This document shows positions 18,174-26,526 of a stretch of DNA of 44,921 nt, piece by piece. A program made the position numbers and the translations under genes. The first letter of the stretch is position 1. Each line of letters begins with the position of its first letter. The notes below the pieces were generated by a model. The model had not been told where the DNA came from. It did not search any database and was given only the letters and a program-made list of their open reading frames with translations. This stretch comes from Acidobacteria bacterium AH-259-G07 (lineage in GTDB: Bacteria; Acidobacteriota; UBA6911; RPQK01; JADFOI01). Location of the stretch: NCBI GenBank assembly GCA_027717925.1, contig JALLON010000001.1, forward strand, positions 1-44,921, written 5' to 3'.

Positions 18174-18191
18174 AATTTTTTGCAAAAAATT
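18174..18191. repeat. Perfect 18-bp AT-rich palindrome AATTTTTTGCAAAAAATT between the symporter and the ACT-domain gene
   Basis: Read directly from the sequence; it is its own reverse complement. It lies 32 nt after the symporter stop and 47 nt before the ATG at 18238. Confidence 0.85.
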
Positions 18192-18237
18192 GAAAAGTTT
18201 GATATGCCTTCTGTTCAGCCAGAAGGGGCAAGGAAAT

Positions 18238-18822
18238 ATGTCAAACAGGGTTCGCCAGTTAACGATTGGAACTATCATCAAAGACACGGAAGGAGCGTTC
18301 GAGTTCATACTGAAAATGCTTCTGCAGCATGAAGCGAATGTCGAGGCCAGTCAGATGACACGTCTTGGAGGTCTGATGTCGCTGATTGCAACAGTGACGG
18401 TGCCAGCCAAGAGGCTGGAGACACTCTTGCGCGAGTTGGGAACTCTATCGGATGAAATAGTGATGGTTGAACAACCTATAAGCTCAGCGTTAGAGAAGGG
18501 GCTTGTCCTGGACGAAGGTTGCGAGCTTGTTGTTGAGTGTGCTGATCACTTAGGGATTATCTACGCGATCACGGAGCAACTCAGAGAAAAGGGGATCCGG
18601 ATTGAAGATATACAAAGTGAGGTCGTGAACGCCCCTTTTTCGGGAACGGCGATGTTTAAGATGAAGGCCAAGTTGCGGCCGCTCGGTGTATTCTCCTTTG
18701 GTGCTTTGGAGAGGTGGTTGGGCGAAGTGGCGGTGGACCGTGGAGTCAATATTAAGGTCAATCTAATTCCTTCACCCATTTCCAGTGCGGAATCCTCACG
18801 TGAGCACCTCTGTGGCCGGTGA
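18238..18822 (+). CDS. Tandem ACT-domain protein, GcvR-like (glycine-cleavage regulator family)
   Basis: This is the real gene inside ORF 17794..18822. The upstream part of that ORF overlaps the symporter out of frame. The ATG at 18238 is preceded by GGGGCAAGGAAAT. The 194-aa product has two ACT-like halves (ANVEASQMTRLGGLMSLIATVTVP; VVECADHLGIIYAITEQLREKGIRIEDIQSEV), the same layout as E. coli GcvR. Confidence 0.5.
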   Translation: MSNRVRQLTIGTIIKDTEGAFEFILKMLLQHEANVEASQMTRLGGLMSLIATVTVPAKRLETLLRELGTLSDEIVMVEQPISSALEKGLVLDEGCELVVECADHLGIIYAITEQLREKGIRIEDIQSEVVNAPFSGTAMFKMKAKLRPLGVFSFGALERWLGEVAVDRGVNIKVNLIPSPISSAESSREHLCGR

Positions 18823-18876
18823 AGTATCATTGTTCGCCGATCGCTCATTTCGTCGTGCTGAGGGCAGCTTGCGGAA

Positions 18877-19965
18877 ATGGTTAAGAAAAAAAGAAAATCA
18901 AGAAGAAAAGTCACCTTGCAGGACATTGCTCAAAGAGTTCAGGTCAGTATTTCAAGCGTTTCCCGTGTGGTCAGTAATTATCCGGGAGTCCATCCGGAGT
19001 TGCGCCTGCGCATTGAGCGGGCAATGCGAGAGCTTGATTATCGTCCGATTTCCAGTAGAAGGACATTTCAGAAGCCGGGCAACTACATTATCTATTTCCT
19101 GCTGACCAATCGAGACTTGGATATTCCCGTCCATTCGAGAATCTTGCAGGCAATTGAAAAAGAGACCACCGCAGAAGGGGACTTGCTACTGTTTAGAAGC
19201 TTTCGATATAATCCGGGAAGTCCCCCTGAAGATTTGAACATTTTTCAGTCAATAGAGCTCACTCAACTGGGGAATCGGGCACTTCCCGCCGGTGGAGTAA
19301 TACTCACTGGCTTAACTTATCCCAACCTTTTGGACGCATTGGGAAGTTTGGAAATTCCTTATGTGCTCTTAGGCAATAACTATGCGGGTTCTGACGAACT
19401 GACGAGTGACGCTGTCATCTTTGACGGCCATCAAGGTGCTTGTGATGCCACCCGTTATCTGATCGATCTCGGACACACCAACATCCTCTTCGTCGGCGAT
19501 CCCAATATAGGCTGGTTCTCTAGCCTCTACCAAGGTTATGTCGAAGCACTAAACGAGGCAGGGCTCAAGCCTTTTGCCCAAACCAAAACTCTCTCTGACA
19601 GCTTCTATTCCAATGGCTATTTCAGTGTTGAAATGGCATTTGAACAATTGCGTGAGATCACCGCTATTTTTGCCGGTTGTGATGAGATCGCCATGGGAGC
19701 ATGGAAAGCGTTGAACGATCGCAATCTTTCGGTACCGCAAGATGTGAGCCTGGTCGGCTTCGATGATGAAGAGTATGCAGCCTTTACAGTTCCTCCCCTC
19801 AGCACTGTCAGGATTGACGTCGAAGCCATTGGGCGGGAACTTGTCAGGCAACTTTACAGAAAGCTTGAAGATCCTTCACTCAAATTACCTCTGATGAACC
19901 TTTCGACGACCCTAATTAAGCGGGGGACTTGTAGACCCTTGGCGGTCCTTTCCGAGTCTGTTTGA
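18877..19965 (+). CDS. LacI-family transcriptional regulator
   Basis: N-terminal HTH VTLQDIAQRVQVSISSVSRVVSN. The C-terminal sugar-binding fold carries the typical LVGFDDEEYAAFTVPPLSTVRID block. Confidence 0.85.
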   Translation: MVKKKRKSRRKVTLQDIAQRVQVSISSVSRVVSNYPGVHPELRLRIERAMRELDYRPISSRRTFQKPGNYIIYFLLTNRDLDIPVHSRILQAIEKETTAEGDLLLFRSFRYNPGSPPEDLNIFQSIELTQLGNRALPAGGVILTGLTYPNLLDALGSLEIPYVLLGNNYAGSDELTSDAVIFDGHQGACDATRYLIDLGHTNILFVGDPNIGWFSSLYQGYVEALNEAGLKPFAQTKTLSDSFYSNGYFSVEMAFEQLREITAIFAGCDEIAMGAWKALNDRNLSVPQDVSLVGFDDEEYAAFTVPPLSTVRIDVEAIGRELVRQLYRKLEDPSLKLPLMNLSTTLIKRGTCRPLAVLSESV

Positions 19966-20016
19966 GGATCTTTCTCCGGAAAACCAGGGGACCTCTGCGG
20001 GCTAAGGTGAGGTACG

Positions 20017-21486
20017 TTACTCCTTTTTTCCACTGCTGTAGCTTACATCAAAAACGATCGTTTTCAGGTCGGTCATTTCCAGGAGGGCGTACTTGCCCCC
20101 CACCCGACCGACACCGCTTGCTTTGCCTGAGCGACCACCGAAGGGCAGGTGAGTCTCCCAATAGTTGGAGGACTCGTTGATGTTGACCCATCCGCTCTGG
20201 AGTTGCTCGGCGAAGTAGAAAGCGCGGGAAAGGTCGCGCGTGTAGACCGAAGACAAAAGCCCGTATTCGCAGCTGTTGGCCAGTAACAGGCACTCTTCAT
20301 CGCTGGAGAAAGGGATGATTGGAGCGATGGGTCCAAAGGTCTCCTCTTGGCTGACAAGCATGTCTGGGCTCACCTGGTCGAGGATGGTCGGCTCGTAGTA
20401 GAGATCAGTGGGGAAACCGGCTGCCCGCCGGCCCCCACACACCAGTTTGGCTCCCTTGGCCAGGGCATCCTCTATATGGATGTCCATTTTGGAGGCGACT
20501 CCTTCGTTGTTTAGTGGGCCCATCGTGGTCCGCTCATCGAAGGGATCACCTAAGACAATGTCTTTGGTGGCTTGGGTGAGGCATTCTACAAACGCATCGT
20601 GGATGGCCTGGTGAACGAGGATACGCTCTCCGGCTGAGCAGCTTTGCCCGGCACACAAGAAGCAGCCCAGGACAGTGCCCTTCACCGCCTTTTCCAGGTC
20701 CGCGTCGTCGAGGATGATCATTGGCCCGTTGCCTCCTAGTTCCAACAGCATCGGCTTACAAGCACCGCGACGAGCCACCAGGCGGCCGACCTCGGTCGAG
20801 CCCACCAGCCCGATGGCGTCGGTGTCTGGGTGACCCGCAATCTCATCGCCAACTGTCGCCCCTGGTCCGGTGATGAGGTTAAAAACTCCTTCGGGCACTC
20901 CGGCGTCCACGATACACTCGGCCAGCTTAACGCCTACTAGAGAGGTGGTCGAGGCTGGCGACCAGACAATGGCGTTGCCGGCCGCTAAGCCGGGAGCCAA
21001 AAACTCGGCCGGCATAGTCAAAGGCCAGTTCCACGGGCTAATGACGGCGCACACGCCACGCGGCTGACGCAGGGTGAGCACTCGCTTGTTGGGGCTGCCC
21101 GAGGGGATGACTGAGGTTTCCAAACGCTTTATGTCCTCAGCAGAGATCCGGAAGTATTCAACACACTCATCCACCTCTTCCAGTGCTTCGGTATGATAGG
21201 GCTTGCCTTGATCCAGCGTGACAATTCGGGCGATTTCGTCTCGCCGCTCCTCGATCAAGTCAGCGACGCGATGACATAGGCGAGCTCGTTCAAAAGGCGG
21301 CATTTGGGCGATTTTGCCCTTGTTAGCGTTAGCTGCGGCAATGGCCGCGCGAGCATCTTCCCGTGTACCCTTGGGTAGTTCGGCGATGACCTCACCGCTA
21401 GCCGGGCTGTAAGCTAGGAAGGTTTCCCCGCTTTGGCTCTCTACCCACTTTCCATCAATGTACATCTCGTAGCGCTGCCGCATCAT
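20017..21486 (-). CDS. NAD(P)+-dependent aldehyde dehydrogenase
   Basis: ALDH signatures: ELGGNGP (catalytic Glu region), FLCAGQSCSAGERILV (catalytic Cys), GSTEVGR and PFGG. The ORF-track GTG at 21492 overlaps the AGGAGG box (21497-21492). The ATG at 21486 (5-nt spacer) or 21483 is the likely start. Confidence 0.9.
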   Translation of the reverse strand: MMRQRYEMYIDGKWVESQSGETFLAYSPASGEVIAELPKGTREDARAAIAAANANKGKIAQMPPFERARLCHRVADLIEERRDEIARIVTLDQGKPYHTEALEEVDECVEYFRISAEDIKRLETSVIPSGSPNKRVLTLRQPRGVCAVISPWNWPLTMPAEFLAPGLAAGNAIVWSPASTTSLVGVKLAECIVDAGVPEGVFNLITGPGATVGDEIAGHPDTDAIGLVGSTEVGRLVARRGACKPMLLELGGNGPMIILDDADLEKAVKGTVLGCFLCAGQSCSAGERILVHQAIHDAFVECLTQATKDIVLGDPFDERTTMGPLNNEGVASKMDIHIEDALAKGAKLVCGGRRAAGFPTDLYYEPTILDQVSPDMLVSQEETFGPIAPIIPFSSDEECLLLANSCEYGLLSSVYTRDLSRAFYFAEQLQSGWVNINESSNYWETHLPFGGRSGKASGVGRVGGKYALLEMTDLKTIVFDVSYSSGKKE

Positions 21487-21960
21487 GCTCACCTCCTGAT
21501 TTTGCTTATCTGTAGTTTTTCAACGCTGCTACAAGAAGTGGGGGTGTCATGGTAGCTCCATAGAACCGCTGAGTCAAAAAAACGGAGAAACCCCACTGGG
21601 AAGGAAGATTAACCCAAGCGACCAATAATGAAAAGAGTTGGCGAGTGAGGAGTGTGATTAAAAGCTCGAATTTAGAACGCATTGACAACAGCGTGCAGCC
21701 AAGCTGGGCCATCTCGGACATTAACCCGCCTACCTCGGGAAGCTGCATTGGGGTGACCCGCTTAAGGGCGGTCTGTTTGCGGGAAGTAAAAAAGTTGACA
21801 TGTTCAATATATCATTGGTACATTTCAAGTTCCACGGTAGGGTGCACAGAAAAGTTCCGGAGTACCGAAAGCATCTTTTATTGAGCCTTGACTGAACCCA
21901 CCAAATGATTGTCGGGCCATTATTGATTTCACTAAAAAAGATCTAATCGAGAGGTGCATC

Positions 21961-22359
21961 ATGAGAACGGTAATCGGAGAAGGTCGGTTTGACAAAATCC
22001 TGAATACCCACTACTCGCAGGCCATCCGTGTTAACAACCTGGTCTTTGTGGCTGGCCAGTTGCCAGTAGATGACAATTTCAACATCATGAGCAGAGGCGA
22101 TGTGGGTGCTCAGGCTCAGAAAGTGTTCGAGAACATGAAGTCAGTCCTGGCCGAGGCCGGGGCGACCATGCAAGATGTTGTGCAGGTCGAAATCTTCGTC
22201 AAGAACATCAGACACTTGCCCATTATTGCACCGGCGCGCCGCGAATATTTTGGTCAGAACCGGCCTGTGGCCACGCTTGTTGAAATAAACGAGCTCGTTC
22301 ATCCCGATGCGCTGATTGAGGTGAGCGCTATAGCGGTGATCGACAGTGCAAGCCAATGA
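21961..22359 (+). CDS. RidA / YjgF / endoribonuclease L-PSP family protein
   Basis: 132 aa. Blocks LVFVAGQLPVD, ATMQDVVQVEIFV and ALIEVSAIAV are typical of the family. RBS GAGAGG. Confidence 0.8.
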   Translation: MRTVIGEGRFDKILNTHYSQAIRVNNLVFVAGQLPVDDNFNIMSRGDVGAQAQKVFENMKSVLAEAGATMQDVVQVEIFVKNIRHLPIIAPARREYFGQNRPVATLVEINELVHPDALIEVSAIAVIDSASQ

Positions 22360-22500
22360 ACCGAACTCCAACGAATGGTGTTCCGCCAGCCAGTTGCCTT
22401 TCTGGTGTCGTGAAACCTTTTTGGCTAAGGAGCAAAATGCCTTCAAAATGGCGATCGCACAGACCTGCCATGAATGCCCATCTGAGTTTCGAAGCTTTAA

Positions 22501-23775
22501 GTGGATGAGCTAATGCATGCCCGTTGGTGGATGCTGAGTTTGCTCTTTCTCGTGGCTATGATCAACTACGTCGATCGGCAGAGTCTATCCGTGGCGGTGC
22601 CAGCTATCAGAGAACAGTTCAACCTGAGCGCCACAGAGTACGGGCAGATTGTTTTTGCCTTTATGCTTGCCTATGCGATCATGCATCCGATCGCAGGGCG
22701 ATTCATAGATTCAGTGGGAACTCGTAAAGGATTTACACTCGCCGTTGTTTGGTGGTCTGCTGCGAGTATGATGCATGCGTCGGCAAGGGGATTTTGGTCC
22801 TTGGGGGCTTATCGCTTCCTTCTAGGAGTAGGGGAAGCGGGCCTCTTGCCCGGGTCTGTAAAGGCCATTTCGGAGTGGTTTCCTAAATCTGAAAGATCCT
22901 TAGCCGTAGGGGTGACCAATGTCGGCATTACTCTGGGGGCGGTCGTGGCTCCACCGCTCATGACCTGGTTGATCTTAACTTATGACTGGCGTTTCGCTTT
23001 TCTCATCACCGGTCTACTGGGATTTGTTTGGGTGGTATTTTGGCTAATTTTTTACCAAGAACCGGAAACAGGAATGGTTTCCAGCGTGGGGCCAGAAGAT
23101 CTCGTCGAAGTGCACCAGGAGCCCAATTCCGGAGAGGAAGCCAATTCTGACTTTTCGTGGCTGCAGCTTCTAAAGTATCGCCAAGTTTGGGGCCTAATGC
23201 TGGCCAGACTTCTGGCAGACCCTGTCTGGTACTTTTACCTCTTTTGGCTTCCCGAGTACCTCAATCGGGAAAGAGGCTTCAGTTTGAGTGAAATTGGTCA
23301 TTTTGCATGGATCCCATTCGTGGCAGGCATGGTGGGAAACCTGGTGGGAGGATGGATCCCTGGTCAGCTCATAAAGAGAGGATGGTCTTTGACTTGGGCG
23401 AGGAAGGGTGTCACCGTGGCAAGTGCTTTTCTAATGCCCTGCGCGATCTTAGCAGCATTCGTACGAGAAGCCGGCTTAGCAATAGCTCTCATTAGCCTAG
23501 CCGTTTTCCTGATTTGGATCTGGGCTACCAACCTGTTCACATTGCCGGCCGACTTGTTCCCTTCGAAGGTGGTGGGTTCGGTTTACGGATTGTCCGGTGC
23601 GGCTGGAAGCTTTGGGGCCGTCCTTTTCATGCCTGTCGTGGGGGTTATCGTGGATAATTTTTCCTATACCCCGGTCTTCGTCACGGTCGGTTTGTTGCAT
23701 CCGGCAGCCGCTTGCATCATTCTTTTAACCATACCGAGGGTGGAGTTGATAAGTGGGAAACAAAAAACTGCTTGA
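22501..23775 (+). CDS. MFS transporter, anion:cation symporter (ExuT / hexuronate-glucarate-like) subfamily
   Basis: 12-TM profile. The N-terminal block INYVDRQSLSVAVPAIREQFNLSATEYGQIVFAFMLAYAIMHPIAGRFIDSVGTRKGF is characteristic of ExuT-type carriers. Start is GTG at 22501 or ATG at 22513. Confidence 0.75.
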   Translation: MDELMHARWWMLSLLFLVAMINYVDRQSLSVAVPAIREQFNLSATEYGQIVFAFMLAYAIMHPIAGRFIDSVGTRKGFTLAVVWWSAASMMHASARGFWSLGAYRFLLGVGEAGLLPGSVKAISEWFPKSERSLAVGVTNVGITLGAVVAPPLMTWLILTYDWRFAFLITGLLGFVWVVFWLIFYQEPETGMVSSVGPEDLVEVHQEPNSGEEANSDFSWLQLLKYRQVWGLMLARLLADPVWYFYLFWLPEYLNRERGFSLSEIGHFAWIPFVAGMVGNLVGGWIPGQLIKRGWSLTWARKGVTVASAFLMPCAILAAFVREAGLAIALISLAVFLIWIWATNLFTLPADLFPSKVVGSVYGLSGAAGSFGAVLFMPVVGVIVDNFSYTPVFVTVGLLHPAAACIILLTIPRVELISGKQKTA

Positions 23776-23884
23776 ACAAGGATCGCCTCTTTTTGATTTT
23801 CCGTTGATCCTTGGTCACACGGTTAAACCGTGCACAAGCACTCGTTTTGCTAACTTTTGAAGTTTAAAGGGAGGTTTTACAATC

Positions 23885-24733
23885 ATGTTCAAGAAAGGAA
23901 TTTTACCCGGCCTACTCGGGATTGGACTGCTTATGGTGGCGTCCCTTCAGGGTCAGAGTGACGAGCAGATGGAAGTCGTAAGAAAAATTCGAGAAAACAG
24001 GGAACCCACCTTCGGAACGTGGGTCTATCTGAAGGATCCAGCTATAACCGAAATGTTGGCTGACGCGGGTTTGGATTGGATGATCATCGACATGGAACAT
24101 GGGAACTTGAATGAAGACCTGGTTCAGAGTCTCGTGGTTCCCCTGAAGGGCACAAAGTGCGTGCCCTTGGTCCGTATCCCTGAACTCGATAGGGGAATAA
24201 TCAACAAGCTCCTCGATACGGGTGTTCAGGGTATCCTCGTTCCGTTCGTCTACTCAAAGGAGGATGCCCAAAAGGCGGTTCGGTACGCCAAATATCCCCC
24301 GCAAGGAGATAGAGGAATAGGGTACGCGCGTGCACAGGGATGGGGACAAAAGGTGCAGTCCTACTTAGGAAAAGCGAATGACGCTGTGCTGATTGGTCTC
24401 ATCATTGAAACAAAGGAAGCACTGGACCAAATTGATGAGATCCTCGAGGTTCCGGGCATCGATTTCATTTTGCCCGGGACATATGATCTTTCTGGTGCCT
24501 TAGGCGTGATCGGGCAATTTGACCATCCTCTAGTGTTAAAGGCCAAGGAAAAAATTGAGAAGGCTTGTAAGAGAAAGAACATCGCGCTTGCCTCTTGGGC
24601 AATGGGCAAGGAGGGGATCGAAAAGGCGATTAAAGAGGGTTCGAACTTCGTTGCGCTCGCCGGGGATGTCGATTGGATCGGACAGGGGGTCGGGAACTTG
24701 CTAAAAGCGGCACAAGAGGTAACGAGCCACTAG
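23885..24733 (+). CDS. HpcH/HpaI-family 2-keto-3-deoxy-acid aldolase with an N-terminal signal peptide
   Basis: Family blocks: GTWVYLKDPAITEMLADAGLDWMIIDMEHG, PLVRIP, YPPQGDRGIGY, IIETKEAL, GIDFILPGTYDLS. The N-terminus MFKKGILPGLLGIGLLMVASLQGQ looks like a Sec signal. The ATG at 23885 has a strong RBS (AGGGAGG, 9 nt upstream). Confidence 0.75.
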   Translation: MFKKGILPGLLGIGLLMVASLQGQSDEQMEVVRKIRENREPTFGTWVYLKDPAITEMLADAGLDWMIIDMEHGNLNEDLVQSLVVPLKGTKCVPLVRIPELDRGIINKLLDTGVQGILVPFVYSKEDAQKAVRYAKYPPQGDRGIGYARAQGWGQKVQSYLGKANDAVLIGLIIETKEALDQIDEILEVPGIDFILPGTYDLSGALGVIGQFDHPLVLKAKEKIEKACKRKNIALASWAMGKEGIEKAIKEGSNFVALAGDVDWIGQGVGNLLKAAQEVTSH

Positions 24734-24894
24734 CGCGTAGGGACTGATTTTCGGTCTGGGGTAAGGAAGATGTGGGACGCGCTCGAACTTGAACCTGCTT
24801 CGGGATGCATAAAAAAGTAAAACGCCACGGCTTGATAGAAAGCAGCAGGTTGTTGCTTCGCCAATCAACCAATGTAAGGGAGCAAGCAGGAAAG

Positions 24895-25701
24895 ATGAGA
24901 GAGTATGATGTCAGTTTCGAATCAACACATATTCACTTCCTAGAGGAGGGCTCGGGCTTTCCGGTGCTTTTGCTGCATGGTTCTGGCCCGGGCGTCTCCA
25001 CCATGGGAAATTTCCGCAAGGTGCTCGACGGGTTGGCCAATCGATACCATGTGGTGGCGATGGACTGGATCGGATTTGGCAGCTCGGGACAGCTTTCATC
25101 GCCTCCCTACTTCGACATGGCGCTGTGGGAGCGCCAAATACAATTTGCCTTGGACCGCGTGACGGGCGAGAAAGTGGGTATCCTGGCGCACTCTCTCGCA
25201 TCTGTGTTTGCCCTGAAGGCAGCTGCGTCGAACACGAGGGTGTCGAAAATCCTAATGACAGGAGCCATGGGGACTCCGTTTCAAGCGAACGAACACCTGA
25301 CGAGAATTTGGACCTTTCCCGCAACACAGGAGGAATTGCGAAAGGCATTGGAGTGTCTGGTGTATGACCAGAGCGTGATCACTGACGATTTCATTCAAAA
25401 TCGCTTTGAGAACCTTCACCGGGGTAACTATGAAGAGTATTTTTCCTCCATGTTTTCCGGTGACAAACAGCCTTATGTCGATGCCTCCATATTGTCCGCT
25501 GAGCTGCTGCAAGAAATCCAGTGCAAAGTCCTGATACTGCACGGCCGTGATGATTTGCCCATTCCTTTTGAAGAGACCGCGTTGGTACTGGCTAAGAACA
25601 TTCCTCGTGCAGACCTTTGGATCATAGCGCAATGTGGGCATTCCCCTGCCTTGGAGCATCCGAATAAGCTGCTAGCCGCAGCCAAGAGTTTGTTTGGGTG
25701 A
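24895..25701 (+). CDS. Alpha/beta-fold hydrolase, meta-cleavage-product (C-C bond) hydrolase-like
   Basis: The real start is probably the ATG at 24895 (MREYDVSF...), preceded by AAGGGAG, not 24805. Blocks FPVLLLHGSGPGVS, YHVVAMDWIGFGSS, LILHGRDDLPIP and QCGHSPALEHP are colinear with BphD/MhpC-type hydrolases. The nucleophile elbow reads AHSLA rather than GNSMG. Confidence 0.7.
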   Translation: MREYDVSFESTHIHFLEEGSGFPVLLLHGSGPGVSTMGNFRKVLDGLANRYHVVAMDWIGFGSSGQLSSPPYFDMALWERQIQFALDRVTGEKVGILAHSLASVFALKAAASNTRVSKILMTGAMGTPFQANEHLTRIWTFPATQEELRKALECLVYDQSVITDDFIQNRFENLHRGNYEEYFSSMFSGDKQPYVDASILSAELLQEIQCKVLILHGRDDLPIPFEETALVLAKNIPRADLWIIAQCGHSPALEHPNKLLAAAKSLFG

Positions 25702-25716
25702 GCAAGGGCGTGTATT

Positions 25717-25918
25717 TTCAGAAAACAGTTTAATTTGAGCGCCACAGAGTATGGACAGATTGTGTTTGCCTTCATGCTTGCCTATGCGATCATGCATCCG
25801 ATTGCCGGGCGATTGATAGACTCGGTGGGAGCCGTAAGGGGTTTTCTTTAGCAGTTGCTTGGTGGTCTGCTGCCAGTATGATGCACGGGCTGGCAACGGG
25901 ATTTTGGTCTTTTGGCTT
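25717..25918 (+). pseudogene. Relic of a second ExuT-like MFS gene (codons ~35-105 only, with a 1-nt frameshift)
   Basis: About 200 bp are clearly alignable at the nucleotide level to 22606-22810 of the intact MFS gene (e.g. ttgagcgccacagagta, atgcttgcctatgcgatcatgcatccgat, ttggtggtctgctgc). It encodes FRKQFNLSATEYGQIVFAFMLAYAIMHPIAGRLIDSVGA. A missing base near 25831-25833 then leads to a TAG at 25849. Homology resumes in the shifted frame (ARKGFSLAVAWWSAASMMHG..GFW). There is no start codon and no downstream TM segments. Confidence 0.8.
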
Positions 25919-26526
25919 TCAAACACTGGCCTTGACATTCTGACTGTGTTTGGGACTATATTAGAACTAAAAGCCGTTGGAAGGATGCCCTACGACCCTC
26001 ACCCCAAGCCAGGAGAAGAAGCAGACTGGTGCCCAGTACACCATGTCGTTGATTGTGAGTGCGTGCACCCTCAGCTAAACAACCTGCTTTTGCGATGCAC
26101 GATCTACCCGAGAGGAAACAACTTAGCAGCGAATCGAGCTGCGGGGATCACGAAGACAACATTGAGTATGCTGGTTTGGTTACGCGTAAAGTGATTCCCG
26201 GTAAGATGAGCCAGTGTCTCGCCCCGTATACAAGTCGTCTGCACCCACAGAGAGTCCGCCCAAGACGAGGAGTTGCTTTCCTACCAGGCTCGTTTGCGGA
26301 GTTGCTTGAGGAAAGAGGCCTCGGTCACGCGAGGGCATTTAACATACTTGGTTCTCAGAAAGCCCGAGACAGAGAATCTCAGCTGCTTGTGTTCGGAGAT
26401 GTTGCTTACCGTGGAACCTTTGTCTGCGGTTTGCCGACCTATCAGAAACTTCATATCTCAGTGTGCATGGAATCATTAATCCCAAATGTTCAATCAGTCA
26501 AACCATCTTGAAAGGATGACTTCGCT

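Noticed and set aside
17794-18237. N-terminal 148 codons of ORF 17794..18822, which would make a 342-aa protein.
   Set aside because: This part overlaps the 3' end of the symporter gene in another frame and translates to Cys/Arg-rich nonsense. The ACT-domain homology starts only at the ATG at 18238, which has its own purine-rich RBS.
19971-19982. Near-palindrome TTCTCCGGAAAA between the convergent LacI and ALDH gene ends, considered as a terminator or operator.
   Set aside because: It has only a 6-bp perfect core (TCCGGA), no T-run, and lies downstream of both genes where an operator makes little sense.
21490-21492. GTG start proposed by the ORF track for the aldehyde dehydrogenase.
   Set aside because: The GTG overlaps the AGGAGG Shine-Dalgarno box (21497-21492). 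The ATG codons 5 and 8 nt downstream of the box are the credible starts.
21493-21960. Search for a LacI-type operator or promoter in the ALDH / RidA divergent region. Candidates were TTGACATGTTCAATATATCATTGGTACA near 21794 and ORFs 21506..21748 and 21645..21884.
   Set aside because: The candidate dyad pairs at only 6 of 11 positions, and no CG-centred LacI-type palindrome was found. TTGACA-N18-TACATT is a possible promoter but is too weak to call. The two ORFs have no supporting features.
25859-26511. ORFs 25859..26194, 26059..26511 and 26273..26479, and a 57-aa minus-strand ORF (26281..26454, MKFLIGRQ...) just under the track cut-off.
   Set aside because: No family motif, no convincing RBS, mutually overlapping frames and atypical composition. 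The region follows a gene relic and reads best as decayed DNA. The shared MxFLIGR start with ORF 16136..16372 covers only 7 residues and I treat it as chance.
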